In this document: positions 24,362-37,789 of the stretch, in pieces
Position numbering within the stretch: the first letter of the stretch is position 1
Layout of the letters: each line of letters starts with the position of its first letter
Source: Patellaria atrata CBS 101060
Lineage: Eukaryota
Assembly: GCA_010093705.1 (NCBI GenBank)
Contig: MU006090.1
Location: 1,453,817-1,517,816 of the forward strand
Reading direction: 5' to 3'
DNA length: 64,000 nucleotides
Notes under the pieces: model-generated
What the model was told of the DNA's origin: nothing
What the model saw: only the letters and a program-made list of their open reading frames with translations
Database searches by the model: none
Translations under genes and position numbers: made by a program

Positions 24362-26043
24362 TTGGTGGTGTGTGGGCCGTTTTGTTGCGGGAAGGTAGGT
24401 AGGTGTTTAGGAACTCTCTGGCTTTCCTATCTGGGGTTTGTTAGGTGGGTTAGTGGTAGGGCTGTTATCGATAAGGGGAGATCTGGTGGATCGAGAACGG
24501 GAGACGGGAAGACGGGAGACGGGAGATTGGGATGTGGTCATAGCTCTCGAAGGTAAACCTCCCGTCCGCACTTCATGCTCCTTATCCCAACGCTTGCGAT
24601 ATAGAAACCTTGGTACTATTAATACCACGCCGTGTTGGCTTACAGTTGGCCTGATAACTTGAGGCCTTCCCGAATCCGAGCAATTCTTAGCTTTCGGGAC
24701 GGATAATTCTAGTCCTAGGGTTCATCGAGAACCCCAATGCTAACTCCCTAACCCCTCAATGGTACCCTACAATACGTCGTTGCAATATATTTATTTTGAC
24801 TTTAAACCCATCTCGATTCTAGTTATATATCGTTTCAAACGGAGAGTAAACTACCCAAATTCCCACCTATTATGCAGGGGTTTTAGGTGCCCCATGCTCA
24901 TCGATCCCTCTCGAACGGTAAGCAATAACGTAGGCTAAATGTTCGCATCATATGTCGCCCACGTGGTACTGTACTAATATGCAACTTACACGAACCATGT
25001 AGATGTAGTACTGACCTCGCACCGGGTCGGCAAGTGCGCCTAGATCATTTTTGATTTACCCGTGTATATGCACGGGAGCTGGCCGTCTTCGTGGCGGAGA
25101 CTGGTACGCTCTGTACATTGGTAAAGCAAAAGACGTCCAGATACCTTTTGCAACAACTCCAAGGGATGCCATACAGGTACGGTACGAGGCGGCCGGAATT
25201 CGAAAAGGCTGCCGTGTGGAACAGTAACTCGCAGCAATGAGTTTGATAAATCATTAGTATTAGATAGATATATATCCTCCAACCTCGCCTCGTCGCCGCG
25301 AGCTAGAAAGAGACGTCCACCGTACTATGAATTCTGCCATATGGATCCCGAAGCTGCCTCCTTCGACGGAAAGAAAAGTAGACATCTAAATGGATGAAGA
25401 GTCAAAAGGTTCAAAATCCAGCGCATAAACACTACCCGTCGCGCCCGCCCGCAGCGTGAAGAGAGGCCCAAAAGCAGGAAGATGAAGACTGCTGCTGACA
25501 ACGCCGACATGCATTGAAGACAGGAAAGACGCATGAAAGGTGTTGCTCTGCGCATACCAAAATAAACCCCAAATGGATGAGAGAATGACAACGTAAAACG
25601 CATACACGGGCCGTGCTCACGTCTCTTCGTAAGCCGCTCTCAATCAATATTGTTCGCGTTACGTCTTCTCATATGTCAATTGTGCTCATCCAGATAAAGA
25701 AAGAAACCGAAAAGTAAGATATGACGGTAAAGTGAGTGTTATGCAAAATCGCAAAAAATGTACCGAGAAATTAAAAAAAGAAATATGCAAAATGTGCAAA
25801 GTGACTAGACATAGTGTACAGGGTATGAAATATGTGATCCCCAGAAAATGCAATTTGATAAGAATCCCCCGAAAATGGCCAAACGCCGACCACCCGTAGT
25901 TGCTGCTGCTGATGTGTCCCAATCCCCCCAGAAATGCCACGAATGTACCAAACTAATGTAATCCGGCTGCTCTCGAGCAATTCGACAAAGTGTAAAGTCA
26001 AAATGTCGGAGGAATATCGTATGCTTAGCGAATATAAATTTAT

Positions 26044-28270
26044 TTAATACCCTTGCCAGTTCTGCTGCGGGCCCTGCCCAAGCGGTCCAGGCGCCCAACC
26101 TTGCATACCGGGTTGCTGGGCTGCACTGCTCTGATGCAGAAATTGTTGCGGAGTAGGGCTTTGCTGGTAAGGGTGACGGTTCATAGTTGGATAACCGCTG
26201 GCTCCCATGCCACTCATGCTTGGATAGACCATACCTGGACCGTGCATCGATCCGCTGCTTTGTGCATGATGAAGTTGAGGAGGTGCGTGTAATGGGGATT
26301 GTTGTGGATGTGGAGAATGTTGCTGGGGATGTTGTGCGTATTGCGGTATGTTGTGAGTTTGCGATAAAGGTGATGGTTGTGTGTGTTGTGGAGGCCACAT
26401 CTGGTTGGGAGGATAGCCGTATGAACCGGGTTGACCATGACCACTGGCCGTGCCCATGTTGAGCACAGGTGACCGATGATGCATCTGGTCGGGACGTATA
26501 GGTTGCTGATGCATGGGACGAACCGGTGACTGGGCCATGATATTCTGAGCATGTTGCTGCTGGGTGTAAGCGTGAGTAGCCGTTATCTGTGAGGAAGCTT
26601 GCGGTGGATGAGGGCTCAAGTTTTGTGGAGCAGATGGAATAGGAGTAGCTGTTGTATTCGAAACTTGTGGTGACTGCAGGCCTTGAGTAGTAGCGGGTGC
26701 TAAATTTTCTCCCTCAACAGCCGGTGGCTGTTGGAGCGCGGTCACCGGAGATTCGTGAGGTCGTTTCCAGTAATCATCTAAGAATTTACTACGATTCATC
26801 CTCTGTTGAGCTAGTGACCTGTTGAACTCAGCGGTCTGCGCGGCTTGACCAAGGTGCTCTGAGGTTGTACTTGGCTGACTTCTATCCAGATAAGGTGGAC
26901 CGGTCATCTCGTGCCGTGGACGCTGTACATTGCTGTAGTCTCTAGGACGCATATCGTCTGTAGCCACCGTATTGATCAATGGAGCTAATGTTGTTGGATT
27001 TATGCCTCCGATGGTATGCTGGCCAGGACCGTTGCTGTAAACGATCTCTCCATGTGGTAGAGCGGTTAAAGCATGTGCGTTTGCAGCCTCAGCCGCAGCA
27101 GCTTCTCGTTGCTTTGCTGCACCGGGTCTCTTCTCTCCCGCAGCATCTTCCTCCGTAAATCCTTGCTTCCTTGCTTTGCTTTCCCAATAATCATCTCGCA
27201 CTCTTCTTCCGTTCTGGACAACTCGACTTCCAAACTGGCGGAACATTGATCGTGCAGTAACAATAGCAATTTGCCTCGATCTGTACGAATACGGGAGTAT
27301 TTCTTGATGAATCAGATCGTCTTTCTCCGCCTGCGTCGCGATAATTTTGTATAGAGACCTGTTCTTATTGAATAAAAGATACGAATCCCTGTAGTTAAGC
27401 ACGCGTGCACACTCAGTTGCTAGCATAAACAGCTTATCCCCTCGGTGAGGTACGAAAAAGGTTCGACATCGGTACTCTCTTCCGTCTAATAGCTGGCCAT
27501 TGGCCGTCACCTTCTTCTCACCCGCCTCGTCGAATTCTCGGGGTATGTATTCATCACCTTCAGGACCGAGCTGATCAGTCGTATGATCTCGCACGGTTGG
27601 TAATGCTTTGATGACGGTGGTTTTGGTGGGTGTAGATTTGGCGGGCGATATTTGTGTTGGAGAAGTCTGTGGGAGCGGTTGAGTTTTCACCTGGGGTGTT
27701 TGCACCTGCGTGGAATGAGACTGGGATAGCGGTTGTACAGATGGATTGGGGCTCTCTGTAATTTTTGACTTCGGCGGCCTTCCACGTTTTCGCGGCTTAG
27801 TATCATCTGTGCTATGGATTAGCTGTCCAGCTCCAGACCCGGTGGCACCAGATCCCATATTGATCTTGCCGCTTGAATGAATGTACGAACCATCGTCGCC
27901 GAGAGTGTATTCACCATACTGTACCTCTGGGGAGCGACTGCGTTTGAGTCCCCGAGGACTTTGTTGGGGAGGCACGTTTGAGGTAGGATTGGAAAGCACT
28001 GCTTGATAGGAAGACAACCTGTCAGCGAAACCGTCTTTCATGACGTGGGAAGATATGTAAAATGTAACGATGACTACAAGGACGTATCGTGCAGTAGTAG
28101 ACGCGTCGATACACCGTTACATATGGGCGCGTTAATGGTAGGGTTGTAAGATGATCCATACCTGAGCTGTTCAATGCTGCGGGATTGATCGTACCGGAAC
28201 CATCCATTATGCCGCCACCTAATGGTCCTCCATTCACCGCCGCCGTAACAGGATGCGACATTGAGTACAT
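26044..28270 (-). CDS. npl6: RSC/SWI-SNF chromatin-remodelling subunit Rsc7/Npl6/Swp82; start uncertain
   Basis: AT-hook KPRKRGRPPK. LPTVRDHTTDQLGPEGDEYIPREFDEAGEKKV...REYRCRTF...FMLATECARVLNYRDSYLLFNKNRSL...RSMFRQFG matches the Rsc7 domain. Q/P/H-rich tail. Probable first exon about 28270-28161. Confidence 0.87.
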
Positions 28271-29558
28271 AGCACTCTGAGCGAATTGAGCGCTGCTGGA
28301 ATACTCACTGGCGGCGTGCGGTCGGTTGGAGTGCGCACTTTAGACGCGTGGGCCGGGATTGTTGGAATTAAGTGCAATGCGCATACGGGTGTTGAACTAT
28401 GTCTTTGGCGATGATGGAAGTCATGCGATGGGCGATGTCGCAGAGGGAGGTTTGAATGTTCGGAGGACGTGTTGCAGTCTTGCAGTTGTTGCAGATGGGC
28501 TGCCGCGGATGGCTGCACGAACCCGATGGGTCTTGTGGGGATCGCGGTCCACGGACCCTGATTACTGGGATCTGGCGGGCGAAGGAATCATGCACTCGCA
28601 GGTGCCTTTGCAACCAACTATTTACAATAGACGAATTCAGTAAAGGTATTCGATCCTGATGGGCGTTTCGAAGAAGTTCGGTGTACAAGATTTCTGCTTG
28701 AGAAGCGCTCGAGGTGATGCAAGGGCGCCGAGGAGATTCTGGTGGATTGTCGCCGACGTACCACACACTTGACCCGAGAGCTGCCCGTCGGCTGCACCAC
28801 TTTCAGGAAGAGGAAGTCGGCGTGATGTAAGTTAGAAAAATGAAACAGCAGAAGATGATAAATCCCTTTGAGATGAACATGTCAGAGTCAGTATCGTAAT
28901 AGACAAGATGAACGAAAAGTTATTGTTCCAAAGGAGACTGCTCCGTCCTATTCCGCCGCCCGCTTTGCTGTTTTAAAAACAGCCTACGGCGCGGACATGG
29001 CGAAAGCAACAGTAAAAGCAACAATAACTTCTGCACAGTAATCCCAGCGCCATCATGAGCAGCGAGGAGTACAGTACAATTTCCTGGCTCGTGGAAACAA
29101 GGGATATGAATATACAGAAAAGCTTGACAGATGGATAAAGTGGTAGTAAATGGCCGGTTGGTAGGGGAAAAAGTGGTGATAAGATGCATGGATACATACA
29201 AGACGATTTGATGAGTTGCGCGCCCACCACCGAGCGCAAGGTTTGGGTCCAACCCGCGCCCGTTCGCACGACTTTGCGGCTTTCGAGTTCCACTGGATCT
29301 TGAAAGACGAAATATCCCGAGACAAGCTCCCGTGACAAGCACAGGGTCTGATGCTCTTCGTTGGTTGGGTTGGAAAATGGGAAGAGGATCTGGTGAATGA
29401 ATGACAACTCAGAGGTGCGTGAACTGGTGGGAGCCTCAAAAAGGCTGCGGGACGAACTAGACGGGAGAGGTATTATCGATAGGTAAGGTATGAATCGCGA
29501 CTTGAACACGCAACACAGAGTAAAGTAGGCGGGCACTAAAAGCAGTTGCAAAGCGCCA

Positions 29559-29563
<5 letters not shown>

Positions 29564-29594
<31 letters not shown>
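29564..29594. repeat. (TC)15 microsatellite
   Basis: Perfect TC run seen directly. Confidence 0.95.
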
Positions 29595-29598
<4 letters not shown>

Positions 29599-32500
29599 TC
29601 CTATCGTAAGCTATCGTCGGCTTACAGGCTTCCAGTAAAACGTGCTCTGGCCTGTCAATAATATGTAAGAAGATGTAAGAGGTCGCAATAATCAGATTTG
29701 TTGCTCGCGGCTAAATCGCTTCTTGGTATGGACGTCTTTTAGTCTCCAGTCTCCACGAAAACTGAGCCACAGTGGGCAGATCCCAGGGTGTTCCTTTTTT
29801 TTTTTTTAGCACGTCAGTATTGCTCTGTAGTAATCTTTGCTAGTCCTGGATAGGGTAGGACTGTGGAGGATTTCAGGTATTTACTCTTGAACCAGTGAAT
29901 AATAGTCGCCGGGTTCCAACCAAGGTGTAGACTGGACGAACGAATGGAATTGGAAAGGGAGCCTTCTCCAGTCAGTACCTTACTCGTCAGATTGAGTGAG
30001 GGCCACTATTATCAATGACTATTTGATATTTCTCCTGTCAGAACATTTCCGCTGCCCGGGGCTGGCTGGAATGAGTAGTCAAAAAGAAGGAGGGCAACGC
30101 TATAGCTTGAGGCAGTCACCTACCGAGATCTGGGGATAGGCAACAACCGAAGCACATACCTAGAGACACAAGGAGACACAGAACCAGCAAGAAGGGCATG
30201 CGCGTTCGGTGGCGGACTGAAGCGAAAGGTAACTAGGTCCTCAGGTTTGTTTCACAGACAGATCTTGCGGGAGATGCGTGACATTGGCTACAGCAGAACG
30301 TGCGCCAAACAAGAGGGTACAGGGTCAAGATGATTAGGTGAAATGGTTATGATGCCGCTGTCGTTTCCTGACGCCTGTATGGGCAGGAGGATGACACCGA
30401 ATAAATGGAGGGGTAAGGTTTGATAGAACTACTGGCAAAAGATGGTCTGTGAGCTCGGCGGAAAGACTGGAAGAGTGCGTGAATAGTGGCTTAAGTGGCC
30501 TCCACTCTCTCTTCAGCTTGAAGCGATCATGCAGCTTGACAGAGTGGAAAGCAATCGTTGGTCGGAAGGCTCTCAGATCGCTGCCAAAAGGCGAAGGAAA
30601 TGACCTGCATTTGATTGATTGATGTGCATGCGCGTATCGGGATCCGGCCATTGCCAGGCGATGAGAAAGCCTAGGCTCGAACGAGAACATCACAAGCTTA
30701 GAAAGTGTAAAAGGCGCGTATAGCTATAATCAATAATACTCATCACGACGGCCAAGAAATATTTTCGGGACATGTTTAGAGCCAGGTAGGCAGGTAGGTA
30801 GGGAGAGAAAGAGACAGAGAGTGAGAGGGGCAATGGTGGGGGAGATCTAAAAGGTAGGTTTCGCGCCGAAAAGAATAGAAAGATAGATGGCAAAATAGAT
30901 TCGACATTTGAGCTAGTTAGTTCCTAATGCTACATGTACTGTACTGTGCTGTACTGTACAATATCCTACAGATGATACAGTAGTAGTAGTAGATGATGGC
31001 AAACGTTGCATTAAGTTGAAAGAGACGCAGCAGTATTATTCCCCGGAGCCTGGCACTATCACCGAAGCTTAGTGCACGCTCAGTCCTTGTTAGAGCAGCC
31101 AAAGGTTAGTTGCAGGTCAGATGAGAGGTTTTTGCAGCAAGAGAGTTGGGGTCCAATCGAAAGCACATCTAAGCTGCAGAGCCGAATCCGAATCGGCCCT
31201 GCCCTCGATGCCTTAATCAAAAGTGGCTCTTCCTGTTAAAGGCCTGACATGGGAGATAATGAGCGAGTAGACCTAGAAGGTCGCATATTATCAACACAAG
31301 TACCCAGCAAGTAACCAGCAAAAGACGTGGACCATGCGGGAAGACGCGGGCAAACCAGCAAGGGTTAGAGCAAACCTTGCGGAGTGTAAGGTGTGTAGTG
31401 TATGGATCGTCCATCGTTTCCAGTCATCGGCAACTCGGCGTGTGATTTGACTTGGACTGATTGCTGGGTTCAGCTTGTTCGAGCATCGACTCATCATGCC
31501 TTGTCAAGAACGGAAAGTTGCATATTGCTCTTGATTGGGCGCTTAAGCGGACTGAGTTTGGGGTCATTCCGCATCCCAAGCCCTCACTCACTATGAGTAT
31601 CACCGTCCATCACCGTCAATCTTTCAGATCGCCACCCTTGCAGTTTCTTCCAGTTACTCACGCTTTGCCGTGCGAATCTGTTCAACATATCAATCTGACC
31701 CTCGTCCTGAGTGAGTAGAGAAATAGAGTAGCTCGTATGCAAGCCTAGCTCGGTCCCCAGCATCCGAGGAGGAAGGCTGTTTAGTAGTCGATCAATTCCG
31801 CCTTCGGCGCGTCGTATTGACTTTCTTTCCACCAAGGCGGTTGACCCGAGTAGCATCAATACACGAACGGCTTCTATCGTCTCTAAGTGAGCCCTGCTCC
31901 AGTTGACTAGTTCGAGTATTAAACCTTGTTCAATGCGGCAGTAGTTGAAGATCTATGGGGATTTACATGCCTTTATCTTGCATCTTGCCGTCAAGCCACT
32001 TGACAAGCTTCATGCAATTTTCCTTTTGACGCCGTTGAAGTTGTGACCTCACTGCTTCGACCTCCGTACGAGAAAACTAAGCATGGGGAAAACAATCCAC
32101 TACTAGACCGCGCATTCTCCGCCAGTCTGCGCGTTCAGTTCAAGTGGAGCGCCAGTGCGCTTTTTGTGGCCTATTCGCTCGGAATGGCGACATAGGTGGA
32201 TCGACGCAAGCATCCAGGATACGAGATGGGATATGCCTTTGAAACAGAAGAGGCTCCTCGAGAGTCCAATCCAACTGCTGGATTTGGTGCGGCAAAGTTC
32301 GTTTGGGAATTCCAAGACGCACTAGCTACGGCGGTCACGCCGTGCGCAACGGTGGGCCATGTCTCAGATGTGGAAGACTGTCATCTGCTCTTTTGCAAGG
32401 CTCTTTTTAGGCAATCATTTTAATACCAATGAGTAAATCCTCACCGCCGCCCACTTGGAGAATTTTCGACGCGTAATAGTCGCGGCTCATAGGGGGTCCG

Positions 32501-34209
32501 ACTTGGGGTCAGACTTGGGGGTCAACCTCTACGCGGACCGGTATCGATCGGCCAGGGCTCATGTCCGTGTGACATGAAGAGCTATGGCCGCGGACCCATT
32601 ATACGAAATCGATAAAGAGATAGCTGGTGCCTCCTCTTGAAACGAGAATGTTTGAAAGATGCACAAGCATCTACCTCCGACAACGTAGAGGTGGCCGCAG
32701 TGTCTCTAGCAAAGCTGGTGTAACAAGGTTAACCCCAAGAGCCCGTGGTGCGGCAATGACTCTGTAGATGCTGATAATAGAGCTAGTCGTCTGTACCAAA
32801 TGAGTGTAATCAACCATGCCTTACACCGAGCAGCATATCTTGAATCAGCCAATGTAGTCAGATGACCGGAGTATAGCAGGCCGAGATAAATGCTAACCGT
32901 CACGGGTCCACGTTCCAGAACAAGGTCACGAAAATGGTACCGCAGCGCAACTTTGTATATACAGCCCGTTGATAAATGTTAGTTCCCGACACGCTCGACC
33001 TTATTCTGGTCGAGATGATATTGCAACCCGATTGGAACGACTTTCCATAGGTGATGGAGTAATTGATCCAGACGCTACAAATAATGAAATCATTCCTCTT
33101 GGTACTCTCTTCCAGTCTGCATATGGTGCGGCAGATTGTCGCACAATGTTAGCGGTGAGACTACCGAAGGACGAGTTTTCTTCTTAGCGGATCTTTTGTT
33201 TGAATGTTTAAAATCATGTAAGGGAAGACTAAGAGAGAATACAAAGTAACGACTATGATCCACGCGTCTCTAGTTGATGATCGAGACCAAAACGGATGCA
33301 CAGCCACTTGTTTCTCTCCTGGTTTAAATCCTGCTTGATAGCCAACCAAGGTGGTATGAAGATCCATGCAAGCTTGATAACGGCTGCATCACAGAGTCCA
33401 ATATCACGACAAGAACAAGGACCAGAGGACTGTCAGACTTCGCAAAGATGACGGACCTATAGTCGCAATACATGGCATGATACAGGCAGTCCAGATGTTT
33501 CGCTATATAGATGAACGGCGTTTCTCTCATATATGTTCCGTTTGATGCGTATCCGTAGCATAAAGGATATGGGGAGTGCTATTTCATAGCTCAGAGTCTC
33601 AAGCTTGAGGGCCCTGTAGAAATGCCTAGCGCCAAGCCTGTAGTTCCATTCTTATCGGCAATTGCTCGTGATGATATATCTTTGGTACACACTCGAGTGT
33701 ACTACTTCAGCATACTTTATTAGAGTACACTCCGATCGAAATCCTCGTCGAACAAGCAGTAACATTAAAAGTCAATCCGCGGCCCTAACCTCCGAAATGT
33801 TGTGGTGTGAGGTCTGATAGGCATCAAGTTTCATCGAATAGAACATGGCATAACATAATTCCTTATTAGCGAGCCTAATGGATTAGGAGAGCATCAAACC
33901 ATGTGAGCGAGAATTTTCGGAAAACAATTATGGGTCTCCTCATGTGCACAGCATTTTCTCTCCGCAATTACGCCAGGCGGGGTTGGCAGTAAGGTTGATC
34001 CATTGCAACATATCTACCAGAAGAAACCTATGACAACATGAGCTTAAGAAGTGTTTATTAATGGGCATATTTTACGTGGATACCTTAGCACTCCATCAGC
34101 GCCAATTTTTGCCTCATCTTGCAGTGGCTGCTGAGAACGGATGAGGATCCTTTTGGCTACGAAACCTTCCGCACAAGCTCCGCCCGAACAGCCCCCGAAC
34201 TGAGTGCTA

Positions 34210-34974
34210 TCACCTTCTAGCTCCAAAGGGTGCTAAACCGGGAACATTGCTGTACCGCTCATCACGTTCAGTCTTGAAAAGGACCTGGACCCAGAATTCT
34301 TTGTTGTCGGCATCAAACCATGTCCAGAACTTGTCCTCGCTTCGATCGATCTCTCGTGCTTGCAGCTTAAATGCTACTGTCTCATACGGTTCTGCAGCAA
34401 GCACGAGATATTGATAGGATTTATCCGGATCCTCAACTCGTTGCTCGTAAGCACTCATGAATCGAACTTTCGGTTCATTCCCAGGGTTGATCTGAGGATA
34501 TAGTAACTGGAAAAGTAGGCCACTCTGACGCGTGAGCGGGTGGCGAACTTTGGTGATCTTGTAACCAGGCCGACCGATCTTGACGAGATTCTTCCGTACT
34601 TGTACGGTCTGACCCATTCCCGGTAGCACACCTTCACGGTCTCTTCCTTCCTTCTGCTCGCGGGCGGCGCGACGCGCCAAGTTGGTCTGATGTTTACGGC
34701 CTTGAGTATGGGCAAGATAAGACCCGTCATTTTGGTGGACTGTCAAGCAGAGTCTGCATTCAAAACTACCAACATGATTCTTAAAGAAGTACGGATCCTT
34801 GTCCAAATCGATCGTCTCCAGAGCAAGCCTACGTAACCGTTCTCGACGATCTGCATTAGTCGCGGATTGTGAAGCTACACCACCACCTCCAAACTTGGAA
34901 CCTGCTCGATTCTGAAGGGGTGTCAGAAAAAATCGCGTCTATGATAGATGGGACATCCTTGCCTGATAATCCAT
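34210..34974 (-). CDS. prp11: Splicing factor 3A subunit 2 (SF3A2/SAP62/Prp11)
   Basis: MDYQ|NRAGSKFGGGGVAS...RRERLRRLALETIDLDKDPYFFKNHVGSFECRLCLTVHQNDGSYLAHTQGRKHQTNL (U1-type zinc finger), then KIGRPGYK...FMSAYEQ...AAEPYET. One 51-nt intron at 34962-34912. Confidence 0.95.
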
Positions 34975-35280
34975 CGCTGAGTTGCTTCTCCTGTGTTGGC
35001 GTTATCGCTCCGTGATTGTATTCTATCGTGTTTACTTGCACAGTTTGAGTCTGTTATTATCGTGTGAGTATTTTCGAAACTCAATGAATGAGAGCGGACT
35101 TGTATTAGAAAAATTTTGTTGGAATGAGGAAAGTAACTTGGGAGGTCTCTGCGTTGTCAAAATTATCAGCAGCTTGGCCAAATTAAGTTAGATCATGTCC
35201 TGAAGTGGCCCGTGTGTTATATGCCCCTTAAAAATTGAATGGTTACTGCCTGATATCTCTAGAACTGTTTACAGTAAGAT

Positions 35281-37276
35281 ATGGTTGAGTCAATGTATAT
35301 CGGAAAGCGACTTTCAATCAAAGGTGAACTATGTACAGTCCGCTATGTTGGCCAAATACCCGGTACAAAAGGTGACTGGATTGGTGTCGAATGGGATGAT
35401 CCGAGCAAAGGGAAGCATTCAGGAGAACATGATGGGATTAAATATTTCGAATGTATGTAGATTGGACGCATGTATCTATTTTTGTCTCAAAAGTCAATAT
35501 TCTAACTTGCTAGGTGCCAGAAAGCATCAAACAACTGGCTCTTTCATTCGCCCTAATAGACCCACTGAAGATTCCCGGTCCTTCATTGAGGCACTGCGCA
35601 AAAAATATGCTTCTGAACCTGTTGACCACGTCAGTTTTGTCAAAGGAGAAAAAGTGCAACATGTAGAAAAGCCTTCTAAACCTATCTTCATCAGCGGCAA
35701 GGAGGTCGAAGAAGTAGGCTTCGATAAGATCCGACGACAACTTGCCGACTTACAAGGACTGCGAATTGTGATTCTAGATGGACTTTGCATTACGAGACCA
35801 GAATCTCGTTCTTTCAGACAATCAATCTCTAGATTGGGTTCTAAGAGCGAGACAGGCGATGCCGTCTCGCCATCCGATGTAAAAGATGTTTGTCCTAAGG
35901 TCACTGAGCTCGATTTAAGCAGGAACCTTTTCGAGGAATGGCGTGAAGTATTGACCATATGTGAGCAGCTCGGAAATTTGAGGAACCTACGAGTAGAGTA
36001 AGCACAATATTACGTCGTCTCACATGTTACATACACTGGCTAACTGGTTACTTTGTAGTGGCACAAGATTTAGGGATATCTCATTGTCGGACGAGGAAAG
36101 CCAGCATTTCACATCTATCTTTACCAAGATGAGAAACTTAAGTCTTGATGATAACCTTCTCTCCTGGCAGGAGGTAGGTCTTCCAGCTAGTACAAATAGA
36201 AAATAGACGTCTTACTAACTAGGTAGATAACAACACTTGCCGATACATTCTCTAATCTTCAGTCCCTGAGTGCGTCAAACAACACGTTTAATCGACTCGA
36301 AGACGGAATTCTCCCAGAAAACTTAACCAGTCTAACCCTAGAAAACAACAACTTCCGTTCCTTAGACGACATCTCACCCCTGAAATCCTGCAAGAAGCTC
36401 CAAAAACTCATTCTCAAAAACAACGACATATCCGAAACCACCACTACCGGAAACACCTCCTCCTTTCCCCCTACCCTCACCGACATTGACCTCTCCTACA
36501 ACGCCATCGAAACATGGTCCTTCATCGACTCACTCCAAGAGGTCTTTCCCGGTCTCACCTCCCTCAAAATCGCCCACAACCCCCTCTTCATCTCCCTCCA
36601 CTCCGCCGATGGCAAAGCTCTATCCGCGGAAGACGGATATATGCTAACCATCGCGCGTCTCGCTCAGCTCAAAGCGCTAAATCACAGCGCGATTTCAGCA
36701 AAGGAGCGTTTGAATTCAGAAACCTACTACCTCTCCCTCATCGCGACCGAACTAGCCTCGGAACCCGAGTCTAACGCCCCCTCTATCCTTGCCCGGCACC
36801 GGCGCTACAAGGAACTATGCGAGGAATACGGCGAAGTGAATGTCACTCGCTCCACGAGCACCATAAACCCAAACTCACTACAAGCACGGCTGGTCACGTT
36901 GCACTTTCACTGTAGCTCCTCGCTCGCCGAAAAACTAAGTTCAGAAGGTAAATACGTTGAGGGAATGTATACGCAAGAGATTCCCAAAGCGTACCCTGTG
37001 TATGCGGTACTAGGGATCGTGGGAAAGAGGTTGGGCATGCAACCGATGGGGTTGAGGCTTGTGTGGGAGACAGGGGAGTGGGATCCGGTGAGGGAGGATA
37101 AGAGGGAGGTCGATGAGTATTGGGATACTGAGAGTGAGGGGGACGGGGAGGGAGAGGGTGCTCAAGGGAAAGAAGAGAAGAGGGTGTTTAGGGAGGTGGA
37201 GATAGTAGCGGGAACGAGGCACATTGGGATGTGGTTTGATGGTAATGAGGCTAATGTTAGGGTTGAGGCGAAGTGA
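35281..37276 (+). CDS. pac2: Tubulin-specific chaperone E (TBCE/Pac2/Alp21)
   Basis: CAP-Gly exon (TVRYVGQIPGTKGDWIGVEWDDPSKGKHSGEHDGIKYF), leucine-rich repeats (LDLSRNLF, LSLDDNLL, LTLENNNF, IDLSYNAI), TIARL...ERLNSETYYL and a UBL-like C-terminus. Three introns. Confidence 0.92.
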
Positions 37277-37789
37277 TATAGATGATTGGCAAGGATTATT
37301 ATCTGCAGACGACGCATGGCTCGTAAAACGATGCAGTGAGACGGGATGATGTTTTCAATAGATTTTTCTAGTAGATTCGTGCCAAGAATTAATAATAGAC
37401 AATACTTGTAACACGATAGTTAGATGCATTTATTACACAAAGTTTATGCTTGACATCTTTCAACCTGTACAGCCGTTAAATATGTTGGCCATAGATAGCT
37501 TCTTATTATTGCGCAGGCAGTTACCTTCGGACACATTCTTGATTGTACATCTGCTATCCTGGGAGAGTTCCTCATATCCTACACATGCCTTAGCATGAAC
37601 GTTGACACCGGATTCGCTCGTATTACTCTCTGAAGAACCGTAATAGTACAGCGCCCGTAACAGAGCTATTAGAGAGTAAGACGTATCCTCAATATCATGG
37701 CACCTCGTCATCAGGCTGGAAGGGAAGCATAGCTTTGATCTCATCTTTATGGGGTGCAAACCTGTAGATCCCCGATTGGTGTGGTCGCG

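Noticed and set aside
24136..24556. ORFs with CVCVCV runs
   Set aside because: Translation artefact of the (GT)n microsatellite.
32969..33720. Possible pseudogene fragments
   Set aside because: Protein-like stretches occur in several frames, but no family could be recognised. Not called as a feature.
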